A DNA stretch of 45,353 nt, counting the filler, from Catajapyx aquilonaris (lineage: Eukaryota), in the NCBI GenBank assembly GCA_000934665.2. It is 2 parts of 2 records of this genome, joined end to end, with 100 filler letters (N's around TTAATTAATTAA, not from the genome) between each part and the next. Parts side by side here need not be neighbours in the genome. Positions count along the whole stretch, not along the records: positions 22,759 to 45,353 come from JYFJ02005842.1; 1 more part is not named here. The stretch is one strand, 5' to 3'. This document shows positions 31,821-44,996 of the stretch, piece by piece. Within the stretch, counting starts at the first letter, position 1. Each line of letters begins with the position of its first letter. The notes below the pieces were generated by a model that saw nothing but the letters and a program-made list of their open reading frames with translations, did not search any database and was not told the DNA's origin. A program made the position numbers and the translations under genes.

Positions 31821-34800
31821 CTGAAACGAAACATAAGACCATAAATTATTACTCATGTTTTTTGTAAACTGATGGTGTAGTTCAATAATATTATAGTGCA
31901 TCATTGCACCTCGGAAGACTCGGGTTCGATCGGATAGGGGGATTTCTCATGTGGAAGAAGTTTCGACGAGTTCTCTCCGTGTTAGCGTGGGGTTTCCCGC
32001 TTCCTCCCACATTCCAAATCTATCATCCGGGAAGCAATGAATAATCGGGTGTCGAAAAGGTTCCTAAAAGGCCCCAGTAGGCCTCGCACGAGGTATCATT
32101 ATTAGGGTATACCGTATTATTAATAATAATGAGATCTCAGAAAGTGAAATGATTTGCAATTTAGAGATATAATTTACCATATACCGGTATATATTACATA
32201 GCAGTATTCTGGTGTTTATAACCTTGCCTGTTACGCAAAAACGGCACTATACACTCATACTAGAAAAAGTGTAGAAAAGTAATAACGGAAGTACACGTGG
32301 CTGGTTAGTCAATTATTACTGCTATTATTACAGTACAGTACAGTAATCCTTCGCTTTTAGGAAACGGGAAAAGTGCTTAGTCTGCGATTTCAGAGGAAAG
32401 GGACAATATTCGCCAGAGAAATTAGAGCGGGTCTCGGAAGCCTTGACATTGCCTTCTCTTCACCACTGTACCGTTAATAATTTTGGAAAACAAAACTTTC
32501 TTCTGCATGAGAGCCCATCGCTTAGGAACCGAAGAAATAATCGCTGGTGCTGTAATGCCCAAGTTCGTCGACATGGAAGTTTCAGTTTTCCCCATAATGA
32601 TATACCACTTGATTCATTAGACCATGATAATCAGTATCTATTGCTGTTCGTCATCGAAGCTCTCTGCAAAGTTTCGACACGGCCTGTAGAATCGAGGTCG
32701 CACGCATACGGCTAAAGTCTTCTGTCTGCACTTTTGTAAAGGCCTCAGACTCACAACCGGTTCTTCATCAGTGCATTTCAACTTGTTGTCATGAAGAGCA
32801 ATTCCCATTGTTTTCATTTTGTATTATGGTGTTCAAAACTCTACTGACTGAAACTTAATGCGTTCCATCCAATGGACGCATAGAGCAATGAAGACCAGTT
32901 TTATGGTAAGGGGAAGATGGGCACCCTTCACGTGTTTCTTAACTTGGTCAATTGATGGTGTCGTAAAAAGCGTTTCTCTCTTCTCTTACCCCGAGGGGAT
33001 TTGGGGACATAATAAAATGATAGCCCATGCAACCACCTTATGCGACCGTTGCTGGAATTAAATTCATTTTTTCCCCTCGTTTTACACTTGCAGCATTATT
33101 ATAATAAGCTCATAGTCTCTGATAGAAACTATTGTAATCGTTGTGATTGTGATTGAGTCGCGAATTTTTGTATACTAACATTAAATGATAGATCAACCTC
33201 ACAGGATGAAACGTATTATGGAAGGTGAGGGTGGAGATGAGCATTTAAAATTTAAAAATGTGTTCTGCATAGATGAAATTGCATTCGACACATTTTTTGT
33301 TGCGGTACAAAATTATAGTCCATAGCGCATGATTAGGATAAGATGGGGAGTCTGCAGTGCTTAGCCATTTTCTAATCTTGGATTTACATATACGTATACC
33401 GTACTACATGGGTTTATAACATGCAAAGTATATTACTAGTACGATCCTAAGCAGCGAATGTTTGAAAGTTATAAAATTCCGATTGCGAAAGAAGGTTAAG
33501 AAATGAAAACCGTAATTTTGCCCTTAACCGTACCTTTCCCCCCTATTACGGCGTAATCTGAGTTGAATTTATGTAATTGTTAAGTGATTAAGCTTTAGCG
33601 GCGTAAATATTTGAAATGACCGAAGTTAAGTAGTTGCAACTATTATTCGAATAATTTTAATAATGGGAAACGTAATTGTAGTTATTAATATGGCAGATAG
33701 CTCTACTATTTAATAGTTATTTTCACCCTTACACTTATAAGATAAAAACAATGTCGTGGGAGTTTTAGTAAGTTCATTAGATTATTATCTTAATTGAGAG
33801 TAGGGCATGCTCTCTGTTAAACATGGACTTTTTGTTACAACGTGAAATGAAAGAAATAATGATATGAGCTAAAAACCTACTGCTTCTTGTTTATTGTATT
33901 ATATGGACAGTTACTGTAAAATCACGCGAAGTCATTTTTAATGAGCACATGTTCTAACCTAGAAAAAACCTATATCAATGAACATAAGTGAACACTGTGT
34001 GGTATATGTTACATCGCATGGGAAATCAACATTTAATAATTATGAATGGTTCATTTTTTGAGATTTAATTAAAGTTGCTTTCTAGGTTAAAGCTCCGAAT
34101 GAAATATCCTGGTTTTTGTAGCAGTCATTTTTTTAAAAACGTAGCCCTAGGCTGTATTACATACAAGTTGGCAAGTTGGTGTAAACTACGAACAATTAAT
34201 CGACAGAAATTCAAACTATACATTTCTAACAATCCTCGTGAAATATTTTAGGAAGACCTGATACGTATAAATTTTTGTGCTTTGAACTTATACAGTCCAT
34301 ACCAGTGTCATGAAAGCATGCTACGAGGAGCGTCCTATCTGTAAATGAACCTTACGAATAGTTTGATCATATCAGATTTCATAAGTCATGGGCTATTAAT
34401 TCCTTAAATGTGCAAAAGACATTAACCCACATGACCACCGTTTTGAGCAAAACTATTTCAGATATCTCCATGAAATGAAAAGTAGATGAGCCGAATTATT
34501 ATTTTTTGGGGTCAGCGTGCTACTGAAAGTATGACATAATATTTCTCGATGAATAAATATTAAATTCCCATCAGGTTCATTCGCATAGCCAAAACTGCAG
34601 CACTCGGCGGAAATAACAAGAGCATGCAAATATGTAGGTACTCACCGAAATAGCTGCAGAATCAGTTTTCCATCAGCTTCTAGCCTATGGTAAGGAGTAG
34701 CAGCCAACTCGCACACCATTCTCATACCACACTGTCGAGGATCATAGCGCAAGATTTCCTCCATACTTGGGTTGAATTCAGGAGGAAGGGGGGTGACAGC

Positions 34801-36256
34801 AGGTTCTTGCACTCTTTGATTATTCTCGCTGGCCGATTGAGCCTGGTCCACCATTTGACCCTGGGCGAATGCTTGACCACTGGTTACAGCTTGACTATGG
34901 GCGACCTGTTGACCCTGGATGGCTTGCTGACCCATTTTATTTATCATGTCGTTCGTCCTCCGTACCCTTGCAAAGGCGGTGTCCATAGAGTATACGGGTG
35001 CAAGCCGACGCCTCTTGTATGCCAGACCTCCGTACCCGCCAGAACCGGTTCCAATCCCTGTTAGGCCTGCGAATCCTGACAGGCCTCCCAGAGACGAGTA
35101 CCCTGCACCTGACAGGCCGCCGATTCCTAGGCCCGTCAGACCTCCATATCCTCCTCCAAGACCAAGTCCCGATCCTAGTGCTCCTAGACCTATGAACGGT
35201 CCCAGGGGTCCGAAGGGTCCTAAAGGACCTGTGACTCCGCCGAGGATTCCTCTCACAAGCTCCGGTATGCTCGCACCCGTCATACCTTTTGCAATCTTTG
35301 GTCATAGATAAACACATTGTGATTAGAAAGCTACATGGAGATAGGCCCGATTCCATGCTATTTAATACTACAAAATATTGATACTGGATTTATTTTGCTG
35401 TGTCCGTAATTTTTAGTGTAAGTTGTTTCTAATAATATTTTGATGGAAATGTGAAACTCAGTTTTTCAGTTTCTGTTCTCTGTGTTGTGAAAACATGAGC
35501 TTGAAAGTCGTGAATTTGCCACGTTTTCAGGCTCGAAATGGCTACAGAGAGTGGTAGGAACCTTCGCAGAATTTTAATTTTAATTTTAATAACAATGGCA
35601 GATGATGGCCAATTTTAAAGTCAAATAGATCTCAGCTCACTGACATTGATATTAAATAAAATTACTGCTAATTGCACAATGTAGCAACTCTTCAAACGGG
35701 CTATTACAATGGGGAGAAATGAATGCTCACATGCTAATATAATATAGTGAAGTTAAGGTTTAGCGAAAAATATGCGAAACTGGGAATATTCTACAATTTT
35801 CATAAAAAATTAAATAATAATTCCGGAAGATTCCTGGCACTCACATCGCGAAAATTATCAAATTCACGAGTCTCAAGCTGATGTTATTACAACACAGACA
35901 TATTTTATCCACTATTATCAAAGTCATCGATACACAGAGCAAAATCAATCCTTTTGCCGCTAGTTAGCAGATTGCTTTCAGTGGAATCGGGCTTACTATA
36001 ACCCACCTATTCTAACATTGTAACTTAACACCATGCACTTTACCTTGTTGTAGCTGAGGTATGAAGCCAGGAGCGCAGCTGCCTTGATCTTGAGGAGTCC
36101 AGCCGCAATAAGTCCAGACGATGACAGACCCGTATGGCCAGTAATGACCGCGATTGGAACCAGAGGGTAAAGTGCGTATAAGGGCGTAGCATCCACAGTC
36201 AGAAGAAAGGTCAGCAACGCGATGCCAAGACTGGCAAAAATCTTCCGAAGGTTCAT
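31646..36256 (-). CDS. Uncharacterised secreted Gly-rich precursor with basic cleavage sites and C-terminal Cys domain (DM4/DM12-like); complement join(36044..36256,34646..35295,31646..31820), 1038 nt, 345 aa
   Basis: Signal peptide MNLRKIFASLGIALLTFLLTVDA; donors AAG|gtaaag (phase 0) and CG|gtgagt (phase 2); acceptors ccaaag| (with ctaat branch-like motif) and tttcag|; open frame through GLG/GGYGG repeats, YKRRR, RVRR, a Gln-rich stretch, then DPRQCGMRMVCELA...ILQLF...CVKVYSHCPY. Confidence 0.85.
31871..32130 (+). mobile_element. Degenerate tRNA-headed SINE with a V-domain-like core
   Basis: tggtgtagt and gggttcgatc boxes, then ttctctccgtgttagcgtggggtttcccgcttcctcccacattccaaa, which resembles the V-SINE core; (AAT)n tail; no TSD found. 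Confidence 0.6.
34646..35295 (-). CDS. Gly-rich precursor, exon 2
   Basis: Longest ORF in the window (34642..35283). The phase-0 AG just downstream of the in-frame TGA gives a start of 35295; gtgagt donor. Confidence 0.88.
36044..36256 (-). CDS. Gly-rich precursor, exon 1 (signal peptide and hydrophobic GLLKIKAAALLASYL segment)
   Basis: Inside ORF 35996..36304; ATG at 36256; GT donor at 36043-36042. Confidence 0.85.
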
Positions 36257-36348
36257 GATGAGCGTGCAATGTGTGCGGTCACGAAAGAAAACGAAGGAAC
36301 ACAAGAGATCACAGGTACAGAAAGTGACTTGACTTCTTCACCTGAGAA

Positions 36349-36386
36349 GAATGATTCTTACAAGGTACAACCTTCTCACATTTATA
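36349..36386 (-). promoter_or_regulatory. Core promoter of the Gly-rich gene: TATAAA plus initiator-like TCATTC
   Basis: TATAAA at 36386-36381 and TCATTC at 36354-36349, about 34 nt apart and about 95 nt upstream of the ATG. Confidence 0.6.
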
Positions 36387-36922
36387 AGAGCGGCAGTCGG
36401 CCAGCCTTGAACGCTAGTTGACCTATTTTCTTACAAGATGCCCATACAGCGTGCCTTGCATGTGGAGCGTAGAGACATAGTGCGCAGAACTCTATTTACT
36501 TGTTTTGCGCAGCCTCGACTCGCTATTTTCACTTTTTGGCACCTTAGGTCAAGGAAAAGATGTTGATGCGCCTGCAGGCCAGATGGGGAAAGCACTTCCG
36601 CTCACAATGGCCAAGACCTTCACATTTTCGAAAACCGACTGCTGCTAAAGCGTGACAAAGTGCCATATTGTCATATATACTGTTCACCTGCACATTATTG
36701 CTTCAGGAAGTGTGCGACTAGCCATGTCCGCATTATGTGCGTGGATACACGTATTTATGTGGATTTGTTTTGGGTGGTTCTATATTTAACATGACAGTTG
36801 ACCTGCTACTGAATTGGTCATAGTGACATTTAGCTTCCCAAACAGTATTCATTTCCATAACCATTGCACAAACGAGCACCAATACAAAGCAAATATTAAT
36901 GTGATAAAATGTATGTAGTTAT

Positions 36923-37169
36923 TTTTTTATTATTTTATTTCATACCCCGTGCTAGAGCCTTTGGCTCCCTTAGGGGGGTGGATTACCACCATTGGATGGG
37001 ACCAGGGATAGGGAAGAAAGGAAGCGGCTGTGGCCTATTTTTACGGAAACGACCCTGGAATAGTCCTGGGGGGACCATGGAAAACCACACGCTGGCCCCG
37101 GGATTCGAACCCAGGACCTCCCGATTAGCAGGCGGGGTCCTTATCCCCTACACCAACCTGCTTCGGTGG
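36923..37169 (-). mobile_element. SINE family S2, diverged copy with internal deletions
   Basis: TSD tgtatgtagttat (36910-36922, 37170-37182); head accgaagcaggttggtgtag, B box ggttcgaatccc. Confidence 0.85.
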
Positions 37170-38502
37170 TGTATGTAGTTATAGAACTACACAATAGTCA
37201 CAAATTGCTCATTTTATGTATTTTTACACATTTTAAAGATAATTTTACGTAAGAAATTAGCGAAAATGTACATTTTCTGCTTACTGGTAGAGTAAAATCT
37301 TTTCCAAGTGTCATGAAGTTAAATGAAATTGAATTTATGGACTCATCTTGTACGATACGTTTTGCCATATGCGTACGGTGCACTTTCGGCAGCAAAAGTG
37401 AATAGCATGGCAAAAATCGCGCTTTTCTGGTCGGGTAGTTTTTTTTATGGCAAATTAGGTATTTCCGGGATAGAAGTGATGCTATAGAAAGCATGTACCC
37501 TTCACATTAATCACCGCGGCAAGGTGCAAATAGGTGTCTATTCCTTTCCCTTGGGTCAACAACAACGTGTAAGTCAATTTATGTACGGCTAATACACTTT
37601 CCGTCAAAATTTTGAGAATTCAACTTTAAAAAAAAAATTGCCCAGGTATTACGCACACTCTTCTCTTTTGAATTTGAGGGAGTTGGATTAAAAAGCAAAG
37701 TGAACGATGAAAGATTCTTCTACACAATAAGGAGGAATTTCACCGGAAGTAAAGCTTCTCCTATAGGCGCGGTTGCTCAGTTTTCTTCCATTTCCAAGAA
37801 TATTGAATTCTTATTTTGCTAACTTTCACCGAGGGTAATTACACCCGTATAATTTGTATTGTGCTTTTGTTTTTGGACTGGACCTCTGGTTTTCTCGGTA
37901 CACACTAACAGTTGGCTACTTTCTCATATTATGATAATCGAGCTGAAATATATTGAGCTTCTTAACCATTAAGACGACAGTAGCTGTCATCACTGGCAAC
38001 TTGCTTTACAGATAGCGTAAGTGACATTACAAAGAATCAACGGAGAAAGTGATAATGACTCGGTTGTAAATCGCACAACCCGTAAGCTCACATAACGAAG
38101 TTTTGAAGAGATTATATCTGTAAGTTACACATTGAGCAGGACACTGTTCCACTCTCGCAGGTCTATACCATTACGGATAATTTTTTTTTCCCACGGCGAA
38201 TATGCGTGAACTAACACTGTTTTTGCACTTGCCTACACTTTTCACGTGAATAATCTGCAACCTTTCTACTCCCATTCCAGTTATTTTTTCCTCACACACT
38301 TACCTTATACGGATGTTACGATAGATCACTTCAAAATGTATGCTTTATAACATGTTGTAGCAGTTGTGTAGCATAATATAACTGTTAAAGTACCGGTTTA
38401 AGTGCTACTCACACTATGTAGTTCTGCATAAATGTTCACCATTTGAGTGTTAACATCCTAATTTATGCAATATTAGGTTAGAGGGATTCATACCATATAC
38501 TC

Positions 38503-38503
38503 A

Positions 38504-38568
<65 letters not shown>
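38503..38568. repeat. (ATT)n microsatellite
   Basis: About 21 uninterrupted units. Confidence 0.95.
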
Positions 38569-38569
<1 letters not shown>

Positions 38570-39445
38570 AACATATTTTATACTGCTGGTTATACTAAAT
38601 ACGTTATGCGATTGATAGTTTTGATAATGAATTAATGGAAAATATGCCTGTAAAATAGGAAATTAACCCGTATATGACATTGAAATTAGGTGTTTTTTCG
38701 TATATTGACATACGGTACTGTATACTAACATTTGCATTTTTTTTAAGTTTTAAAGATGTGTTAGCCTCCATAATAAGCACGCAATGCAACGGAACACTCC
38801 TTAAATGAAGATCACGCATGCTTTCAAACATTGTCATGCGTTATACTTTGTTATACTTTTTAGTAGTCTTGTTCGTATTTTAATTCACGCGTATGAAATT
38901 ATTATGAAACGTGACTGACTTTGCGAAAGTGTACGGAATACACCTATACCGTATGTTGTATATGATCACGAAGACTTTCCCATATGAGAACAATAATATA
39001 GGTTGTGTACACGTTCCAGCAGACGACATACACGCTACACAACATGCATAATACAGTTTCACGTATGTTATAGACACAAGATGATACACGCATTTTTTTG
39101 TTACAAGTTCATCCCAGGTATTTTAGCAATGAGTAACGTTTTAGCGGTCTCACACTAAATATGAAGGAAATTGTCACGAAAAAGCCATTAGAAAAGTGAA
39201 ATTACTTTTAGGGTAGTATGGCTACACTACTGGAAAATAGATAAGCCATTGAGTAAAATTGGTCAATTTTCTTTACACGTGGATGCGCTGAACTGTGCGA
39301 AAGAAGGCAGCAATATTGTGCTTTTACATGAGCAGACAGTCCTCTTTCGTACTTTGCCATCCAGTTAGTGTTTCAAGCTACATGCAACAAAATCACTACC
39401 TGAATTATGATTATGATGATTATTATTATTGGAAAGAGTAACCCC

Positions 39446-39703
39446 TACTGGCGTTCGGGAGGCGGCAGCAGGGTGAGTGGTGGCTGGGGGCAGCTTGGCT
39501 GTGTCGCAAAGGCAAGGATGCAAAAATTGATTTTTTGGATTTTGGAAGGGGTATGCTGTACCAACCTAACCTAACCAAGCCTAACCTTCCTCAATGCGGA
39601 TACAGACCTATCTTCAGCGGATACACGCCTATCCTTTATCCTTGCCTTTGCGACACAGCCCCCCCACCGACTACTATACCCTCCCGCCTCCCGAACGCCA
39701 GTA
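39446..39703. mobile_element. Small MITE with internal (AACCT)n repeats
   Basis: TIR tactggcgttcgggaggcgg / ccgcctcccgaacgccagta; inner inverted repeat ggctgtgtcgcaaaggcaaggat / atccttgcctttgcgacacagcc. Confidence 0.8.
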
Positions 39704-41231
39704 AGGTCAAATGTATCCTTATTATTATTATTAAGTTAGGGAACAAATCTAGGACAAAATTAACAAGTGATTGCAATATTTCGCACCCCATTAAATCCGA
39801 ATTATCAAGAACCGAACCAGACTGACTCGGCCACTCGGCGAATATAAAATATTTGTTTTACTAATGAGCTACTTGAGAAATACCATCACCGATTCGTATG
39901 TCAAACTGAACAAATGGCTCCCTTCCCAGAATCCAGTAATGCTCCAGGATTCCTCCCTAAAAAAAACTCTGGATAAAAAAATCCGGGATCCCCCCCCCCC
40001 CCCCCCCCCCCCNCATTACATCCCGCTCCCATAATGCACTTGCGCCTGACTGAATACAGGTCTGTAATTCTTCTCATATTACTGTCCCCTGACACGACAT
40101 CACCTGCTATCACCGCATATATCACTCTCATTGATCTCGTTTTCACCTGCTTATGAATATATGCGACGGACATCTTCTTAAAAAAAGCATAACCGTTTAA
40201 AAAACATCCACAATGAATAGTGTTTTCGTGAAGGTCAGTTTTCAGAGTAGCCGTGCATCACACGCATATATTACACACCTTTGCTCTGTTGAACACACGT
40301 ACCATTTGCTTTCTGGGCCAACCTGCTGTATTATTTTTGGGGGGCTTCATTATATAGTGGACAGCGACGAATGGGGGTTTGAGACAGGAGCGAAGGTCTT
40401 GAAAGGTCCATGACTGATGAGGTTGTAAGGACAGATAGATCTATGCGGTGGTACATCCGGAAAATCCTCCGAGGCCAGATAGGGGACGACACATCACGTT
40501 ATGGCTCAGACTCACGCTCTGCAGATCTGGTCCCTCGCATTTGGACCAACTGGGTATCAATCATTGTGGGGAATTCCCTAGCACGGTTGCCATTATGCAA
40601 CGGGACACTGTAAACATGGGGGGTGCAATAAGCATCATCGTTGTCTGGTTCAACGCGTTCTGTCGCATCCGATGGGATAGACATGGAGAGAAAAGGAAAG
40701 TAACTTGATATTCACTGGAGAAAGCGCGTGGTTTGGTCTGGAGTCCAGGGGTTTTCCTCAGGGTTATGTATTTTTTTTTGGGGGGGGGGGGAGGGTGGTT
40801 GCTGTCACGAAGGGCTGTTGGCACGTGTTGCCTGCTACGATGTGAGTTTGATCGAGTTGGTGCAATAGCGGTTGCTTTCACTATGGCTGGTGTTTGGAGT
40901 AATACAGTAATGATATGGAAAGTCGTGCGGAACGATTGTGTATACAGAGAGATGACTGATAACAAATATAAACTGGTATCGTCATTTTTTGTAGCACTTT
41001 TTCATTTTAAATCCGTTAGGCTAAATTTCACGCCTTCGAAGATTATTGTTGATAAAGGGATTATCAGAAATGCTGTTCTTGATGTAGACCTCTACGTTTC
41101 ATGATATAATCGGTGTGTGTATCTTACTTTTTTGATGGTGTGTAACAGCCCAAAACGTTAATGTATAAAATGACTTAATGAAGTAATTTCCTTGATTTTC
41201 AAAATAAAGTAAATGCGTAGTAGAATATTTT

Positions 41232-41489
41232 AACCGAAGCAGTTTGGAGTACCGGTAGGGGATATGGTGTCCGACTGCTAATCGGGAGGTCCTGGGATCA
41301 AATCCCGGGGCCGGCAACTCTGACCGTGGTTTTCTGTGGTTTCCCACGGTCCTTCCAGGAAAATTCCGGAGTTGTTTCCGTAATTAATAGGCCACAGCCG
41401 CTTCCTTCCGTCCCTATCCTATCCCAAAAAGGGCAGTAAAATGAAAGCAAAGAGTTCTAGGCAAAACAAAACTTCCCCCCTCGGGGTAT

Positions 41490-41553
<64 letters not shown>
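41232..41553 (+). mobile_element. SINE family S2
   Basis: TSD tagaatatttt (41221-41231, 41554-41564); long (TTA)n tail. Confidence 0.9.
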
Positions 41554-41555
<2 letters not shown>

Positions 41556-44500
41556 GAATATTTTGCTAAGATCTGACGAAGACACGGAAATATGTCAAAA
41601 TAAAGCCGACACAAGCAATTTCAATATTTTGACGTTGAAATGTACGTGTAGTGGCAAAGAAAGCCTACACTCACAGTATTATATGGTGTGCGGAGACCCA
41701 TTTTTGAATGAGTACGACTTATTCGCACCACCATAACCTTTAATGGCCATAAGAAGGCAAAAAAAAACTTTATGTACTACAAATTTTTGCGGGTCTACTT
41801 CCTATATAGTAAACCAACTGTTTCAGAATTGGTTAAAATATCCGCATTTATTTGGTGTTGGCCCTCATACGGAAAAATGTAATAGTGCGCATTATATAGA
41901 TTAAACTTTCATAATTATGTACTACTCAAAAAGATAGAGACGATTTTGCATTAAAACCAAATGTAAATTCGTCTCCATCTTTTTGAGCGATATTACCATG
42001 TGTTTCATAATTAATTTTAGAAAGCTTCTTCTGACCGACTCAAATTCGTCCCAAATGTAAGTACCTTTTGACTATTCAATTTTATTCCAAAATTGACTTA
42101 TCCACATGATGGCGACATCACTGTACAAATTGGCGATTTTTCATTAGGTTTAAACTGTTGTCATAATGTGCCCCAAACAGGACAAGAAAAATATTTCCTG
42201 CAAAAGTTGTTGGGTGTGTCTTTTTACCAGATATTTTGTTCAGGCATTTAATTGCAAAAAAAAAGCGAAACGTAACCGAAATAATTGGGGGGGAATATAA
42301 AAAATTGTGGCGAAGACGTGTGTTAAGGTAGGTCGCGCTGTAAATAATTACGTGGTATTTTGTTCGACTAGGTCACACCCTTTGAGTATTTTCAAAAAAA
42401 GGTTACACCATAATGAGGACAATTTCCGAATTTTCTCTCAGTGTCAGTGCATTATGTGATTGGAATTTGGGAAAGTTAAAACGTGATGAAGGCCATGTTG
42501 TTTTAGCATTATTTTAGCTCCGATATTAATGAATCAATGATATTCGGTTCTTTATAATTATGTAAATAGGCGATCCAATATGTGAACATTTTGACTGATT
42601 TGAATTTTCTGAAACGCGTCAGAAAAAAAATAACAACTTGAATATGCCTAATGTAGATCCTCAGAGAGCCATTTTGAAAGTAAAATTTTCCACATATGAC
42701 ATTGTTTCCATATCTTGAAAGTATGTGCTACACAGCATGACGGACTACCATGTGAACATTAGCATGTAAATCTTCGCTGTCATGTTTAGAGCCTGGGTTT
42801 ATTGCCCAACACACGTTTTTCTGTAATTTTCATAACTGCATTTTGTGATATGAGTAGTACTCCTGGACAAAAAGACTCGTCGAATTTTAATTGACACCAT
42901 ATTTAATCAGCAAATGAGTGATTTTGTATATTTTTTTAAGCAGGCACTCCTTTTGGTTTTTTAAATTATTTGGGTACATAGTATATTTGGTGGCATATCC
43001 CTGTTAGGCAATTTTGTCTAAAACTGTGGCTCCATAATGTGTCAAGTGGCTTACTTCAGTTTTAAATAAACGAAGTGGCCAATTACAAAATCGCAACGCT
43101 CTTAACATATCGACTCTTTTAAAATGTTCCATAACTCAAAAATGTTCCAGCTAAAATGTGGGCCATGACTCTATCCTTCACACTTCATATCTAGAAGACT
43201 CCCAGATCTTACTACACGAGACTTTAAAAGCCTCGCGATGATAGGCCTCTTCTAAAACATTAACTCTAATTGCTTTAGACTTCTATAGATAGAAGTACAC
43301 TCATAACAAATGAATATACCCTTCTAAACAAAACGCAATATTTATTGTTTCAGATCCCTAGTCAACTGTTCTGTTGACCTGAAATGCGTGTTGACTTGAT
43401 GAAGTGCGTAAGGTCTTGTCATGAATGATGTGTATCTACGGCCATGTTGGCGATGACTGATGCTTGGTTGGGTCGTGCCAACTTGGAATAATCACGGTCG
43501 TAATAGTAATGACGGCAGATTTGCCTACGGGCACTTAACTGAACCCTGCAAATTCATCACCGAGTTTCACTGAGGACGATTAGCTTATCTTTCTTTTTCC
43601 TCCCCCCTTCTCCTCCTATTTTTTTTTTTTTTCATTCTATTTTCTCATGTCTATTTTTGAGGTTGAAGCCTTTGGGGGGGGGGGGGNAGTCTTGAAAAGT
43701 GCGGGCAAGCGTTTCCTTATCAATTTCGGTCCGACCCAAGAATTTTGACATGTTAATCAATTAAGCTGAGGGGGGCTGATGGTTTTTTTCCGGGCTTGGA
43801 CTTATATACACAGAGCGAGAAAAATGGCTCCATCTACATTTTTGTCTTTCCAACTCGTGGGATTCACGTCCCTTAATTCAGTCGGAATCGCGAGACAGAT
43901 CAGGGGGGGAAGTTAGAAGAAAGTAATCCTGGGTTTGTGATTGGCGGGTCTTCATTACTTGAAATGAAAATTGCTAAGCGTCCTGGCTTATCTGGTTGGT
44001 TGCAATTAGGATTCGAGACAGTTGTTAGAATTTGGGTAGGCTTATCTGTTGTTTTAAAAAAAGACAAGAAAATTCTTGAAGCGAAATTGCATGTTATAAA
44101 GAGAGTTTTTTTTTTTAAATTTTGGAATTGGTTCCGGTCGGAGGCGGTAATGAAAACAAGTCCCGCAATTAAAGCTGCACTTGCTATACGTTATGCCGAT
44201 CATCCATGAATATATCAGTTTCTTCCGTTTTTTGATAAAAATCGTGCTGGGGGTGAGGTTTCACATTTTGCTGTCTTATTTTTCACTTTTACGTACGGCA
44301 CCTGGTACGTGTAACTTTTCCTGCAACATTGTTGCTATTGTTGGCCTCAGGGTAAGCTATGGAAAAGTTTTCAAAAAAATAAATAGTGTTATGTGACACA
44401 AATTCAAGCATCACGATTAAGTTATACATCCAGTTAAAATGTTTATAGCAATTTTAACACTTAAACTGCTTATACTTTTAAAAAATGATATTATTAGGTT

Positions 44501-44648
44501 AAATCTAAGAATTGAGGTTGTGAATTGCAATTTTCAACAATAAGACATTGAGACTTACACCCGAGGTCATTTTTTTTTGCAGCTTGCATTAGTTTAAAAT
44601 GATGAAATCTTTCAACCTTATATTATCAGGTAATGTGATCAGCTAAAA

Positions 44649-44996
44649 CAGGGGTGGGCAACCTACGGCCCGCGAAGACAATTTGTGCGGCCCGCGCAAA
44701 ATTTTCGGAATTCCTAAAAATTTGGAAAAATTAAAATTGCAAAATTTTATGCCTGTGCCTTTCTTTATAATTCTTTATCCACAAAAACACTGTTTTCTAT
44801 TTATACAGGCAATTTTTATTGATATGTTTAGTTAATTTTATCGATTTGCAGAGAATTTAATCATAAATTATTCAATTAATGGAAGTTCATTTCAAACGAT
44901 GGATATATAATAATTGTAAACTTTTTAATAAGTTGAAATTTGTTTGTTAGATGGGGCCGTCAAATTTTTAAAAAATCTCTATGCGCCCCACCCCTG
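44649..44996. mobile_element. hAT (Charlie-like) MITE
   Basis: caggggtgggcaac...cggcccgcg subterminal motifs and ccccacccctg end; 8-bp TSD matches 6/8 (agctaaaa / ctctaaaa). Confidence 0.75.

Noticed and set aside
34687..35356. Overlapping ORFs, including the Pro/Arg-rich 34946..35311 (+)
   Set aside because: Antisense and alternative-frame shadows of the Gly-codon-rich exon; no splice or promoter support.
40390..40470. Hammerhead around ctgatgag
   Set aside because: GAAA and CUGAUGA are not spaced or paired compatibly with any topology.
41570..41615. Penelope-type minimal hammerhead (ctgacgaagac...gtcaaaa)
   Set aside because: GAAA core is absent and stems I and III are not evident.
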